Virus record (IMG/VR): IMGVR_UViG_3300034106_003048 | Length of the DNA stretch: 64,000 nucleotides | DNA from: an uncultured virus (IMG/VR IMGVR_UViG_3300034106_003048) | Lineage: Duplodnaviria > Heunggongvirae > Uroviricota > Caudoviricetes | Reading direction: 5' to 3' (one strand) | Shown here: positions 53,678-62,024 of the stretch, piece by piece | How the letters are laid out: each line of letters starts with the position of its first letter | How positions within the stretch are numbered: the stretch's first letter is position 1 | Notes under the pieces: generated by a model | The model's database searches: none | What the model saw: the letters and a program-made list of their open reading frames with translations, nothing else | What the model was told of the DNA's origin: nothing | Position numbers and translations under genes: made by a program

Positions 53678-55693
53678 TTATTTAAACATTGTGAAGGGAC
53701 TCCTTGAAGAGGAGAATAGACTGTTTTTCTTTTTTGCAATATTATTATAAGATTCGTAACGGGTATCAGGAGTACTAGATATCGTTACGGTTCGGTTTAA
53801 GTTCTTAGCCATTAAGAGTGCATAGCCAAATGCATCTTTTCGGTCTGCGTTAGCTCTAGGATGAAATTTAAGAAGCTCTTTAATCAACATAGGATCAAGA
53901 ATACGAGAAACCCCTAAAACCTGTTTGTGGTTTCCTTGATCATCTGTTTGAACTTCTACTACTTCTTGGAGGTATTCAATGATGGCTGAGTTGATATAAT
54001 CTTTAATTCCAGCTGAACTGTGTATTCCGTAAGTACGATTTACTCTAGTATTGGCGTGGATCTCTTCTCTTAAGATAGAAGGAGTTCTTTCTAGGAATTT
54101 GTCGGGATCTTTTTTCTCAATACAATGATCTATGAATCCCATATCCATGTTTTCGCAAAGAGTCTTGGCATTGTAGAATTCAAGAAGCTTTCTTGTTTCC
54201 TCATACCAAGTCTGAATCTTTTTGGGACGACCTACATAACTAGCTACTACCATGTTTTGGAATCTTTCTCCTGTTAGGTTGTGGATTCGTTTAAATATGT
54301 ACGTAGCCCCCAATGAAGTAGAGTAGTGGGCTTGTGATTGTTTGTATGGGTCAGTTCCTGCGGTATAGAGTCCGTAAGGAGCGTCATTCATAGGAAACTC
54401 AAATATCTGCACGACACCAGAGTTATCTTCTGAAGGTTTAGCAGGATAAGTGTTTACAGGTTTCTTATCTGTAGGTTTATGTTTTACTACTCCGTTGATA
54501 TCTCGGTACAATTCTACGTAATCTACTTCTTTGTTATAGATCCCGGACTCCAAGAAGTTAAGCTGCTCCTGTAATAAATCAACAGGAAAAATGTTCTCAC
54601 TAGCATCTAAAAAGCATTCTTCAGGGGTCAAAGGATAGTACATTACTTCTTTGAGGTATGCTTCCATACCAGAAGATTTCCTAGTTTGCTCCCTTCCTTT
54701 TAAAATTAAATCTTTTCCTTTTTCTTCATCAGCTACCCAAATAGTTACATTGTCTAATTCAGAGCCTTCTTCAGTTTCCAAATAGTGAGAAAGTAACTTT
54801 GCTTCTCTTGGAACTTTAAGAGATTGTGTACCTGGAATAAAAAGCGAAATAGAGGTACCGTCATCTTTGGCATTAACCGAAAGAAAATTGTAAGCCTCTG
54901 GGTTATTAAACAGTTCCTGCATGTCTCCTGCTTTTTTCATATCACCACCCGTAGCAGTGATTAGGGGAGAACATCTCCACCCATAAGGTGAGTCAAAACA
55001 CGGAATAGTCGCAGCTAGTGCGTTAAGAAACGGAAACTTACCTCCTTCGTCTAGAAGAAATCCTGATAGAGTCAAACCGGCTGCTGCTTCTGTATTGTTT
55101 CCGTCATCAAAGTTTCGTATATGAACCTTAGACCACTCGTGTCTTTTATTAGTCGCTTTCTCTTTGAAACCAAATGTAACGCACTTTTTCCAGTCATCCT
55201 CCACACGAGAAAACCTTAAGTAATCGGGAAGATTTCTAAGTCCTAAGTCTAGATAGTCGGTTAAGTTTTTTAAGTCAGGCTGATTACCACCTGACACAAG
55301 ACATTCGGTATTCTGATAAGCTATAGCTTGGTGAGCTACCTTTGAAGTAATAATTACCGACTTGGAGAGTCGACGAGAACCTACAATAGCTACACCTTTC
55401 TTTCCGTCTGGATGAGTCTCTGCTTTGTTAATTGTGTCGTCAATTAAAAGAAAGCTATCCCAGAATTGAGGTCTATCTAGTTTTCGAAGTACTCTGCCAT
55501 TAACCAAAGTATCAACATAAATACTCCATAGGTTAAGATGCCAATAAAGAAAAGGTGAGAAATGAAATCCATTTATAGTTACTCCTTCGCGAATCTTCTT
55601 AACCTCATTTTTCCAAAACTCTCTATACTCCGCTGAATCTTTATCAGGGAGATCTTTCATATTTATTAAGAGTTCTGGAGACTGTAAATTCAT
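53678..55693 (-). CDS. terL: Terminase large subunit
   Basis: Walker A-like GSRRLSKS, Walker B LLDEGG, motif III TATGG, nuclease motifs AGTDPY and DRKDAFG. Confidence 0.9.
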   Translation of the reverse strand: MNLQSPELLINMKDLPDKDSAEYREFWKNEVKKIREGVTINGFHFSPFLYWHLNLWSIYVDTLVNGRVLRKLDRPQFWDSFLLIDDTINKAETHPDGKKGVAIVGSRRLSKSVIITSKVAHQAIAYQNTECLVSGGNQPDLKNLTDYLDLGLRNLPDYLRFSRVEDDWKKCVTFGFKEKATNKRHEWSKVHIRNFDDGNNTEAAAGLTLSGFLLDEGGKFPFLNALAATIPCFDSPYGWRCSPLITATGGDMKKAGDMQELFNNPEAYNFLSVNAKDDGTSISLFIPGTQSLKVPREAKLLSHYLETEEGSELDNVTIWVADEEKGKDLILKGREQTRKSSGMEAYLKEVMYYPLTPEECFLDASENIFPVDLLQEQLNFLESGIYNKEVDYVELYRDINGVVKHKPTDKKPVNTYPAKPSEDNSGVVQIFEFPMNDAPYGLYTAGTDPYKQSQAHYSTSLGATYIFKRIHNLTGERFQNMVVASYVGRPKKIQTWYEETRKLLEFYNAKTLCENMDMGFIDHCIEKKDPDKFLERTPSILREEIHANTRVNRTYGIHSSAGIKDYINSAIIEYLQEVVEVQTDDQGNHKQVLGVSRILDPMLIKELLKFHPRANADRKDAFGYALLMAKNLNRTVTISSTPDTRYESYNNIAKKKNSLFSSSRSPFTMFK

Positions 55694-55696
55694 AGA

Positions 55697-56008
55697 TTAA
55701 AAGTCGTTCATCATTCCGTTAATCTCTAAGTTGCCACGAGCTTGAGCCTTCTGAGCTTCTTTTTCTCTCATAGCCTCTACTTGTTGGAGCATTAAAAGAT
55801 ATTCTTTCATTGTATCTCTTAGAGATTTGATTTGTTGTTCTACAGAAGCAATAACCATTGGCATAGTTCCGCCTTTAGCTGTAGGCTTCCATTCTATCCT
55901 ATCTTTTAAAGAGTGGATAGGATTGTTGTCAATGTACTCTTTCCACTCAAGTAGTTTCTTTTCGCACCACTCAAGTTCTGCTGAGGTATAGACTTCTCTT
56001 TTTGCCAT
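55697..56008 (-). CDS. Hypothetical protein, possible terminase small subunit
   Basis: 103 aa, helical, immediately upstream of terL. Function is inferred from position only. Confidence 0.45.
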   Translation of the reverse strand: MAKREVYTSAELEWCEKKLLEWKEYIDNNPIHSLKDRIEWKPTAKGGTMPMVIASVEQQIKSLRDTMKEYLLMLQQVEAMREKEAQKAQARGNLEINGMMNDF

Positions 56009-56202
56009 TAGTTTTCGTAAAATTTATACTTTGCAACAAACTCTTCTCTGGGAAGAATCATTAAGTCTTCTACCATATTGGTAAAAAAGAGATGTTCATT
56101 CTTTTCTTTGTTATGCCTGTAAGCATAACCACCTTTCCAGAATAGCTGAAAGATTTCAAATATTTCGTCTTGAAAGGTATCGGTTTTTGGTTTTTTGTTC
56201 AT
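56008..56202 (-). CDS. Hypothetical protein
   Basis: 64 aa, tightly packed in the operon (TAATG overlap with the next gene). Confidence 0.6.
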   Translation of the reverse strand: MNKKPKTDTFQDEIFEIFQLFWKGGYAYRHNKEKNEHLFFTNMVEDLMILPREEFVAKYKFYEN

Positions 56203-56204
56203 AA

Positions 56205-56360
56205 TTATTTGTCGGTTACACGATTAGGAGTCAGAGGTTTAGCAACTGCATAAGGCATTACATAAACTTCTACTCCGCACTTAGTGCCTTTTTTACCTCC
56301 ACAACCATTAGTGATAGTGTAGGTTACTTTAGCTGGTTTGGTAGTACTTACGTTTTTCAT
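56205..56360 (-). CDS. Small hypothetical protein (51 aa)
   Basis: Likely start ATG 56360 (MKNVSTTKP...). The longer track ORF overlaps the Zn-finger gene in another frame. Confidence 0.5.
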   Translation of the reverse strand: MKNVSTTKPAKVTYTITNGCGGKKGTKCGVEVYVMPYAVAKPLTPNRVTDK

Positions 56361-56376
56361 ATTAAATTTTATAAGT

Positions 56377-56754
56377 TTAATTATCTTGTTCCCTAAATGC
56401 TTTCCATTTAAGTTCTTGTTTTGTTTCGGGGTGTCTCTGATTGTGAGTCTCAAGACCGCAATTAGAACTAAAAGATGTAATCTTAAATTTGAGAACACAT
56501 CCGCAGATTCCGCAGTGTTCATCTTTTCTGCTTGAGTGGTAGTGTTTACCATAAAGTTTAAAGTATTCTTCGGAGTTTCTTGCATTGATTGAATTGTAGG
56601 GACACTCTGCACAGGCTTTTGTTCGGTTTAGAATTTCTTTCTTTTGAGCTTCGGAAAGAGTCTTTAGGTTGATTTCGTTCCAAACTCCTTCAACAATCTT
56701 GTCAAAGTTTTTAATTCCTTTGCCTGCTAGGCTAAATAGTTCTTTGATGTTCAT
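56377..56754 (-). CDS. Zn-finger protein
   Basis: CAECP...CGICGC...CGL...KW pattern. Confidence 0.65.
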   Translation of the reverse strand: MNIKELFSLAGKGIKNFDKIVEGVWNEINLKTLSEAQKKEILNRTKACAECPYNSINARNSEEYFKLYGKHYHSSRKDEHCGICGCVLKFKITSFSSNCGLETHNQRHPETKQELKWKAFREQDN

Positions 56755-56783
56755 ATCTTATTGGTTTATAGAATTTATAGAAT

Positions 56784-57503
56784 TTATAAATAGTATCTTA
56801 TGTCGTATTCGGGAATATAGATTTGTTCTAACTCGTCTATAGTAAGGTATTTACTTTTGATCCTTTCTTTATAGTGGGCTTTGTTCCCCCACTTCTCTGC
56901 TAGGTCCGGATTTTTAGAAAGAAGAAAGTCTTTATATTGTTGTGCAAATTCAGCTGAACCTAACTTTTCTGCTTTAGTCAAAATCCTAGGAGCAAAGGCT
57001 TCATACATTTCCTTTAACTGCTGGATAGTGCATTGAGTCAATTCATCTGTCATGTGAGAAACTTGATCTATGTTATAATAGATGTTTCCCACCACGTTTC
57101 TTACACACATATAAGAGACATGCTCTTTCTTGTTGCAGATAGTACAGGCTTCAAAGTCTTTTATCATCTTAGAAAGAGTGTGGTTAAGTACTCTCATACA
57201 TTTCTCCACCCGTAACTCTCTTTTGGGATATTCTATATCTTTGAGAATATCGCACATATAGATTATCTGTTTAAAGAAAGTCACCCTCATCTTTCTAGGA
57301 TTTACCCTAAACTCGCCTAAGTTAGTCAGTACCAGTTTGTTAACCTCTGGTAGTGTCTCGATCACTTGGTTTACATAGTCAGCGTAAATCTTGTCTACGT
57401 CTGAAATATTGATGCCAAGTTCTTTGGCTACTTTAGAGTAAAAATTAAAGACTCTAAGCTCAGGCTTCCTGCGATCCGGTTCTGTTTGCCTCTTGATTAA
57501 CAT
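56784..57503 (-). CDS. Protein with N-terminal HU/IHF-like domain
   Basis: KVAKELGINISDVDKI...LVLTNLGEFRV. Confidence 0.55.
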   Translation of the reverse strand: MLIKRQTEPDRRKPELRVFNFYSKVAKELGINISDVDKIYADYVNQVIETLPEVNKLVLTNLGEFRVNPRKMRVTFFKQIIYMCDILKDIEYPKRELRVEKCMRVLNHTLSKMIKDFEACTICNKKEHVSYMCVRNVVGNIYYNIDQVSHMTDELTQCTIQQLKEMYEAFAPRILTKAEKLGSAEFAQQYKDFLLSKNPDLAEKWGNKAHYKERIKSKYLTIDELEQIYIPEYDIRYYL

Positions 57504-57816
57504 TCATGATTAAAGTTAAAGCAAATGGAATCTCTTTTGGAGGAGTAAGTTTAGGAGTAACCTTAGATCCTTCCAAGTGTTTCAGCTTTCTAAGTTTAGA
57601 AATTCCATTAGCGACTACTTGTTCATTTGTCTGATTTCTTTCAGCAATCATTAATTTTACCTCTTTGTCTAACTTGTCAAATAACGCTGCATGTGCAAGT
57701 GTGCTTATATGCAGTTGAGTCATTTTAATACTTGCAAATGCAAGAATTACAGCGATATAACCCTCATAAAAAGAGATTTTATCCTCGTAATTCCTAGCAA
57801 TCCTTACATTTTTCAT
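57460..57816 (-). CDS. Putative HTH DNA-binding protein
   Basis: IAERNQTNEQVVANGISKLRKLKHL resembles a (winged) HTH. Confidence 0.5.
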   Translation of the reverse strand: MKNVRIARNYEDKISFYEGYIAVILAFASIKMTQLHISTLAHAALFDKLDKEVKLMIAERNQTNEQVVANGISKLRKLKHLEGSKVTPKLTPPKEIPFALTLIMNVNQEANRTGSQEA

Positions 57817-57830
57817 ATTGGTTTATTGAT

Positions 57831-57868
57831 TGATTTTAGTTGATTTTAGTTGATTTTAGTTGATTTTA
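57831..57868. repeat. Tandem 10-mer repeat (TGATTTTAGT) x3.8
   Basis: Directly visible between the promoter -7 box and ATG 57816. Confidence 0.9.
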
Positions 57869-57870
57869 CA

Positions 57871-57900
57871 CAAATATAATTCTTAAATAAAAAAAAGCAA
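57871..57900 (-). promoter_or_regulatory. Bacteroidota-type promoter for the terminase operon
   Basis: TTG-N19-TATATTTG. Confidence 0.75.
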
Positions 57901-57920
57901 GTGTTTTTTACACTTACTTT
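57889..57920 (-). terminator. Intrinsic terminator overlapping the -33 box of the next promoter
   Basis: Minus strand AAAGTAAGTGT-AAAAA-ACACTTGCTTT running into a T tract. Confidence 0.6.
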
Positions 57921-57949
57921 AATTTTTAGAATGATAATAATTTTGAATG

Positions 57950-58363
57950 TTACTTAGTTTGGAAATCTTTTAGGATTTTTTCATAATGCTCAACAATAAA
58001 TCCTAGTAAATAAGCAAATCCTTCTTCTGAAGACTCCTTTAGTGGCATATCAATAAATCTCATTATTTCACAGACTGCATGAAAAGACTCGTGAGCTATT
58101 ATGTTGAGGTCTGCTACGTCTGATACCTTTTTATATCTCATCACCGAATAGCCGTCATATAAAGCAGTCATTCCTTGATACCCTCTAGTTACTTTAGAGT
58201 CCTTAACTAGGCACTTAGCCTCTTTTTCTGAGACACCTTCTTTGATTAAGTTCTCTAAAAGTTCCTCATCAGAAACATTAACCACAATAAAAGACTTTGT
58301 TCTGTAAACCGGTATGTCAATTGGTATAAAGTAATTCTCTGTTTCTCTTGACTTATTTTTCAT
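57950..58363 (-). CDS. Small zincin-like (HExxH) phage protein
   Basis: IIAHESFHAVCEIM...SEEGFAYLLG. Confidence 0.7.
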   Translation of the reverse strand: MKNKSRETENYFIPIDIPVYRTKSFIVVNVSDEELLENLIKEGVSEKEAKCLVKDSKVTRGYQGMTALYDGYSVMRYKKVSDVADLNIIAHESFHAVCEIMRFIDMPLKESSEEGFAYLLGFIVEHYEKILKDFQTK

Positions 58364-58377
58364 TTTAGTTATATTTG
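58348..58377 (+). promoter_or_regulatory. Plus-strand Bacteroidota-type promoter
   Basis: TTG-N19-TATATTTG on the plus strand, 37 nt before ATG 58415. Confidence 0.65.
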
Positions 58378-58414
58378 GAATGTATCCTTTATCCTATTTA
58401 ATTTTTTTACAAAG

Positions 58415-58678
58415 ATGGATTTTACACCGAAACAAAGTCAAGTTTGGAGAAAATTTAAAAAAGCAGTAGAATCCAAAGGGTTTGTCATGATAACTGCAAC
58501 TGATCAGTTTAAAAAACAAATATACGACTCTTTTATAGAAAAGTATAGATCTAATCGCATGACAGTAGAAGAATTCGCTGGAATCATGATAGTTGTCTGG
58601 AATACTACTCCTCACAGAGCCATAGACAATATAGGAGGACAATACATGGGTCCTACACTTATGAAGCCCAAAGACTAA
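58415..58678 (+). CDS. Hypothetical protein, lone plus-strand gene in the late module
   Basis: 87 aa, with its own promoter and natural-looking composition. Confidence 0.65.
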   Translation: MDFTPKQSQVWRKFKKAVESKGFVMITATDQFKKQIYDSFIEKYRSNRMTVEEFAGIMIVVWNTTPHRAIDNIGGQYMGPTLMKPKD

Positions 58679-58847
58679 TATGATTTAGTGCTTTATTGAA
58701 TAAAGCCATCTCCATGGGATTCCTAGGAGGAATTAGTCTGACCTTTTGATTCTTACGCAAATAGATATAACTGGCTATAATCTCTAGCCCTTCGGGTACT
58801 GATACGTTTCCTTCTCTTAAGCGCAAGTTTATTTCCTCCTTAGACAT
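58659..58847 (-). CDS. Hypothetical protein
   Basis: 62 aa. Its ATG directly follows the stop of the 40-aa ORF. Confidence 0.55.
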   Translation of the reverse strand: MSKEEINLRLREGNVSVPEGLEIIASYIYLRKNQKVRLIPPRNPMEMALFNKALNHISLWAS

Positions 58848-58970
58848 TTATTCTAAATTAAGAGGTATAAACTCTTCTTGGCTTACTTCTATTGAGTAAA
58901 ACCTTTTTTTAACCATCAAATAAAAAGTACTTTCTTTTTGATTTGATTTATATTCTGATACTCTTTCCAT
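58848..58970 (-). CDS. Micro-ORF (40 aa), possibly leaderless
   Basis: Hand translation MERVSEYKSNQKESTFYLMVKKRFYSIEVSQEEFIPLNLE. ATG is 4 nt after a -7 box, and the TAA abuts the next ATG. Confidence 0.5.
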   Translation of the reverse strand: MERVSEYKSNQKESTFYLMVKKRFYSIEVSQEEFIPLNLE

Positions 58971-58974
58971 AGAA

Positions 58975-59006
58975 CAAATATAGTAAATATTACTTACTAT
59001 AACAAA
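58975..59006 (-). promoter_or_regulatory. Bacteroidota-type promoter
   Basis: TTTG-N20-TATATTTG. Confidence 0.7.
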
Positions 59007-59040
59007 AAAGATTAACAAAAAAAGTTATTTATTTTTTCAA

Positions 59041-59340
59041 CACCAAGTATTTGAACTCGGTGAAAGCTTGAGGAGAATGAATAGTGTGACTATTCCTGAA
59101 ACAGGTTGCACATCATTCATTACGCCTAACTTGATCCTATTGGTTTTTGAACTACGGAGCCAAGCCTTCGTCGAATGTCTTAAATCGTGGATTAGCCGTT
59201 TAAGATTGGAGTCAACTTTTCAGCTTCTAATCAGCCTTAGTATCCCTTTCTCTCCTCTGTGTCAAGGTTGGGTATGATACATTCCCCCGCTACCCTTAAA
59301 GTTTCTGTCTGCGGTGCACTTCGCGTCTCTACACAGAAAC
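59041..59340 (-). ncRNA. Candidate structured non-coding RNA
   Basis: About 300 nt without a credible ORF, GC-richer than its flanks, with at least four stems. The G-U pair in one stem favours the minus strand. Confidence 0.35.
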
Positions 59341-59348
59341 CGTTTTAC

Positions 59349-59735
59349 TTATTTGTCTGTGTCGCTACCAGGTTCGTCATCCTCAGACCAGTAATCTTCC
59401 CAGTCTTCATCTTCCCAATCGTCAGAGTCTTCGTCAAGTAAGTCTTCTAAGTCTATGTCTAAGAAGTCAGCAAACTCAATTATATCTTCTACAGAGTCAA
59501 GCTTAGTTACCTCAAATTTTTCTGGGTTCAGTCCCATGTCCTTGAATTCTTGGAAAAGAACCTCAAGCTCTTCGTCTGTTCCGTAAAAGGTAGTTTCGAT
59601 GTCTATGGAGACTTCAGGAAAAAGTTTTTTAATCTCTTCCATGTGAGGCGCAAGATCATGGTCTTCCACCCAGATATCATCTCCTTGCTTTTTAAAAGGA
59701 ATTCCTTTTTCTTCTAAGAATTCTTCAAACGACAT
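59349..59735 (-). CDS. Highly acidic hypothetical protein
   Basis: 128 aa, very D/E-rich with a DW/EDW tail, and its own promoter. Confidence 0.7.
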   Translation of the reverse strand: MSFEEFLEEKGIPFKKQGDDIWVEDHDLAPHMEEIKKLFPEVSIDIETTFYGTDEELEVLFQEFKDMGLNPEKFEVTKLDSVEDIIEFADFLDIDLEDLLDEDSDDWEDEDWEDYWSEDDEPGSDTDK

Positions 59736-59747
59736 AACTTAGTATTA

Positions 59748-59777
59748 CAAATATAATACTTTAAAAAAGGAATGCAA
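59748..59777 (-). promoter_or_regulatory. Bacteroidota-type promoter
   Basis: TTG-N19-TATATTTG. Confidence 0.7.
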
Positions 59778-59870
59778 CTCTACTTTGAAACATTTTTCCA
59801 CTTGAACCAGTGAAGCCCAATACAGACTAGAAAGTAGCCTAAAAAAATTATTAATCCTGTCATGTTTTTA

Positions 59871-60065
59871 TTATGTCTTTCTTCCAAAGGTTATGTTGTC
59901 TCTGACCTTTATGTCTTTGTGGGTAAACTGCCACATCTCTCCGTTATCTAGAATTACCGTATAAATAGTATCGGTCTCGTGTCCGTAATCTGTAACCAGC
60001 CAGACTATGCCTTTTCCTTTAGGAGTTATTACTTCTAGTCTATTGTGGGGTTCGTATATTGTCAT
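59871..60065 (-). CDS. Small beta-barrel-like phage protein
   Basis: 64 aa, VITPKGKGIVWLVTDYGHETD...GEMWQF. Confidence 0.65.
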   Translation of the reverse strand: MTIYEPHNRLEVITPKGKGIVWLVTDYGHETDTIYTVILDNGEMWQFTHKDIKVRDNITFGRKT

Positions 60066-60723
60066 CTCTTTTACATAGGGTTAAATAAAGTTCTTTGTCT
60101 GTGGACCACTCTTCGCCTGTCCACCACTCAAATCCTTTGTAGTCTGCTTTATAGGAAGAGCTTGATTCGTATCCTCCTAAAAGGTATAGGTGTTCACATT
60201 GAAAAAACTGGGCGACTTTGCACTCATAAAACTGAGACACATTACCAAGAGATAGTTTGGGGTTTTCATAGTCCCACAAAAACTGATAGGATACAAAAGC
60301 TCTACCTGTTTGGTCTCGGTATAGCTTAAAGATGTTTGCTCCTATAACCTTATTGTCTTGGTGATAGAGGATACATTCAAATCCTTTAAAGTCGTTAAGG
60401 TTTATGTCTCGTTTAAATCCATGTCTTTCTACGTACTTAAGATAGATAGGTTGTAAGACTTCTAGTATTTCATCAGACACAAAATGCAGGGAGTAGTCAA
60501 CCTGCTTACTTAGTTTTTTAACAGTCTTAGTAGGTTGGTATTCCTCCACTCTAAGTCTTACCGACCTTAAATTATACCAATAGTCTCCCCACTCTACCCA
60601 ACCTTCTTCTAAATACCTAAGATAAGTAGTATCCAAAGCTACTCCCTTGGGATCTGAATAGATGAAGTCTTGTTGAGAAACTTTACCAAATCCTTCTATA
60701 TGGTTAAACTTTACTTTTATCAT
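60040..60723 (-). CDS. ATE1/Bpt-like aminoacyl-tRNA-protein transferase (GNAT fold)
   Basis: WDYENPKLSLG, HLYLLGGY, SYKADY..FEWW.G.EW match the ATE C-terminal domain pattern (D..SLG...YLGY...YK...E). YLEEGW...RSVRL matches the N-terminal part. Confidence 0.65.
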   Translation of the reverse strand: MIKVKFNHIEGFGKVSQQDFIYSDPKGVALDTTYLRYLEEGWVEWGDYWYNLRSVRLRVEEYQPTKTVKKLSKQVDYSLHFVSDEILEVLQPIYLKYVERHGFKRDINLNDFKGFECILYHQDNKVIGANIFKLYRDQTGRAFVSYQFLWDYENPKLSLGNVSQFYECKVAQFFQCEHLYLLGGYESSSSYKADYKGFEWWTGEEWSTDKELYLTLCKRDDNIRTPQ

Positions 60724-61003
60724 AGTTTATTATAGTCTATCACAACTTAGGGTAATACAATAATACAAAGATACGGGTACTTTATAAAAACCCCCCACCC
60801 TATTTTTAAATTTTAATTTAGCCCCACCCCTTAGATTTTAGATTTTAAAAAATTTTTCCCAATTTTAGGTTCCCGAAAATTTTTTCAAAATTTTAGAAAA
60901 GGGTTTTATGTATAGGAGGGTAGACATCACCTTATAAAACTACCCCCATCAAATAAGGTGTGTGGGTGTACCCCGCACATCGGTTTATGCTAATACTTGA
61001 CAT

Positions 61004-61483
61004 ATGTCGGCAACAACACAAACTCGGACACGTGGTAAGCAACGTGGCATTTCTCGTTCGTTGAACGAGAACCCTGCAAATGCTACAAAGAAACTCACAG
61101 TACATGGTACGGTTAAAGAATTCTTCAAAAAGCACGGACTCGTTCCTGAAAGCGAAATTCGTGCTTCAAAGAATGAATTTAATCCTGCGCCAATTCTTCG
61201 CTTTCGTGTTACAAAAGACGTTCAATTAGGAAACGATAAATTGTACACAGTAAAGAACGAAGACGGTCAGATTGCGAACTACGGTATGGTTTTGTCAAAG
61301 AACGCTTCGGCATATTTGGCAGACGGCGATACCGAAGACCTTGCTTGCGTAGGTGTGCAAATTACCGCAGAAGATTGTGATATCCTGAAAGTAGCCGAAC
61401 GTACTAACGACGACGGCGAATATCAGGGTTTCATCATCATCACCAACAGCGGTAACGAATTCGTCGCCGCCAACCTTTGGTGA
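61004..61483 (+). CDS. Hypothetical protein, first gene after the strand switch
   Basis: 159 aa. Visibly GC-richer with different codon usage (many CGT/GAC/AAC) than most of the late module. Confidence 0.7.
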   Translation: MSATTQTRTRGKQRGISRSLNENPANATKKLTVHGTVKEFFKKHGLVPESEIRASKNEFNPAPILRFRVTKDVQLGNDKLYTVKNEDGQIANYGMVLSKNASAYLADGDTEDLACVGVQITAEDCDILKVAERTNDDGEYQGFIIITNSGNEFVAANLW

Positions 61484-62024
61484 TGCGTGTGTGAGTTTCG
61501 GGTTGTCTTGCGTAGTCCTCGCAAGAGCAATTGTCGTCGGGTCTCGACAGCAACCCAAATTCCAAATACCGTATGCGGTAAACAAAATGCGAATGCGTAA
61601 ATGCAGAAATACAAACTGCAAAAAACGCTTCGCATTTTTTTTGTTTCAAAACAATCGGTATTCATTCGTTGCACTCATTCATACGTGTTTAGTTTTGTTC
61701 CATTGCATTACACAAAACTTTCTATTTGGGGACGCTTCCTTCCATATTTGGACAGTGACTATGGCAACAATCGAGTATTTTCCCCCTTTTACAAGATTTC
61801 TTTGTAAAAAGTGGTGTTTTCCCGGGAATTTCGGAGACAAATCGAATAAAATCTACGTTGATAAGTGGTAAAAAGTGGTAAAAAGTAGTCATTTTTACCC
61901 CCTTATTACCTATGAATTGGTAAAAAATGGGGTAGTGAAAAGTCAAAATTTTGCTGAACAACGTGGCTAACTTGAAAAAAGGGGTTTATTTGACTCTAAT
62001 AAAGATATTTACTCATATCGGGTA

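Noticed and set aside
53678..55693. Intron or intein in terL, portal, MCP or vRNAP
   Set aside because: Reading frames are continuous and I saw no homing-endonuclease or splicing motifs.
80..57215. Many 60-130 aa plus-strand ORFs and nested minus-strand ORFs in the track
   Set aside because: Shadow frames of long minus-strand genes (Phe/Ser/Leu-rich, no promoters or leaders).
57831..57868. CRISPR-like array
   Set aside because: Contiguous 10-mers without spacers. I saw no repeat-spacer array anywhere in the window.
58394..58642. 82-aa minus-strand ORF
   Set aside because: Antisense to 58415-58678, which has a matching promoter and more natural composition.
59068..59441. Two short plus-strand ORFs
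   Set aside because: Non-ATG or weak starts. They overlap the stem-rich island or the acidic gene in antisense.
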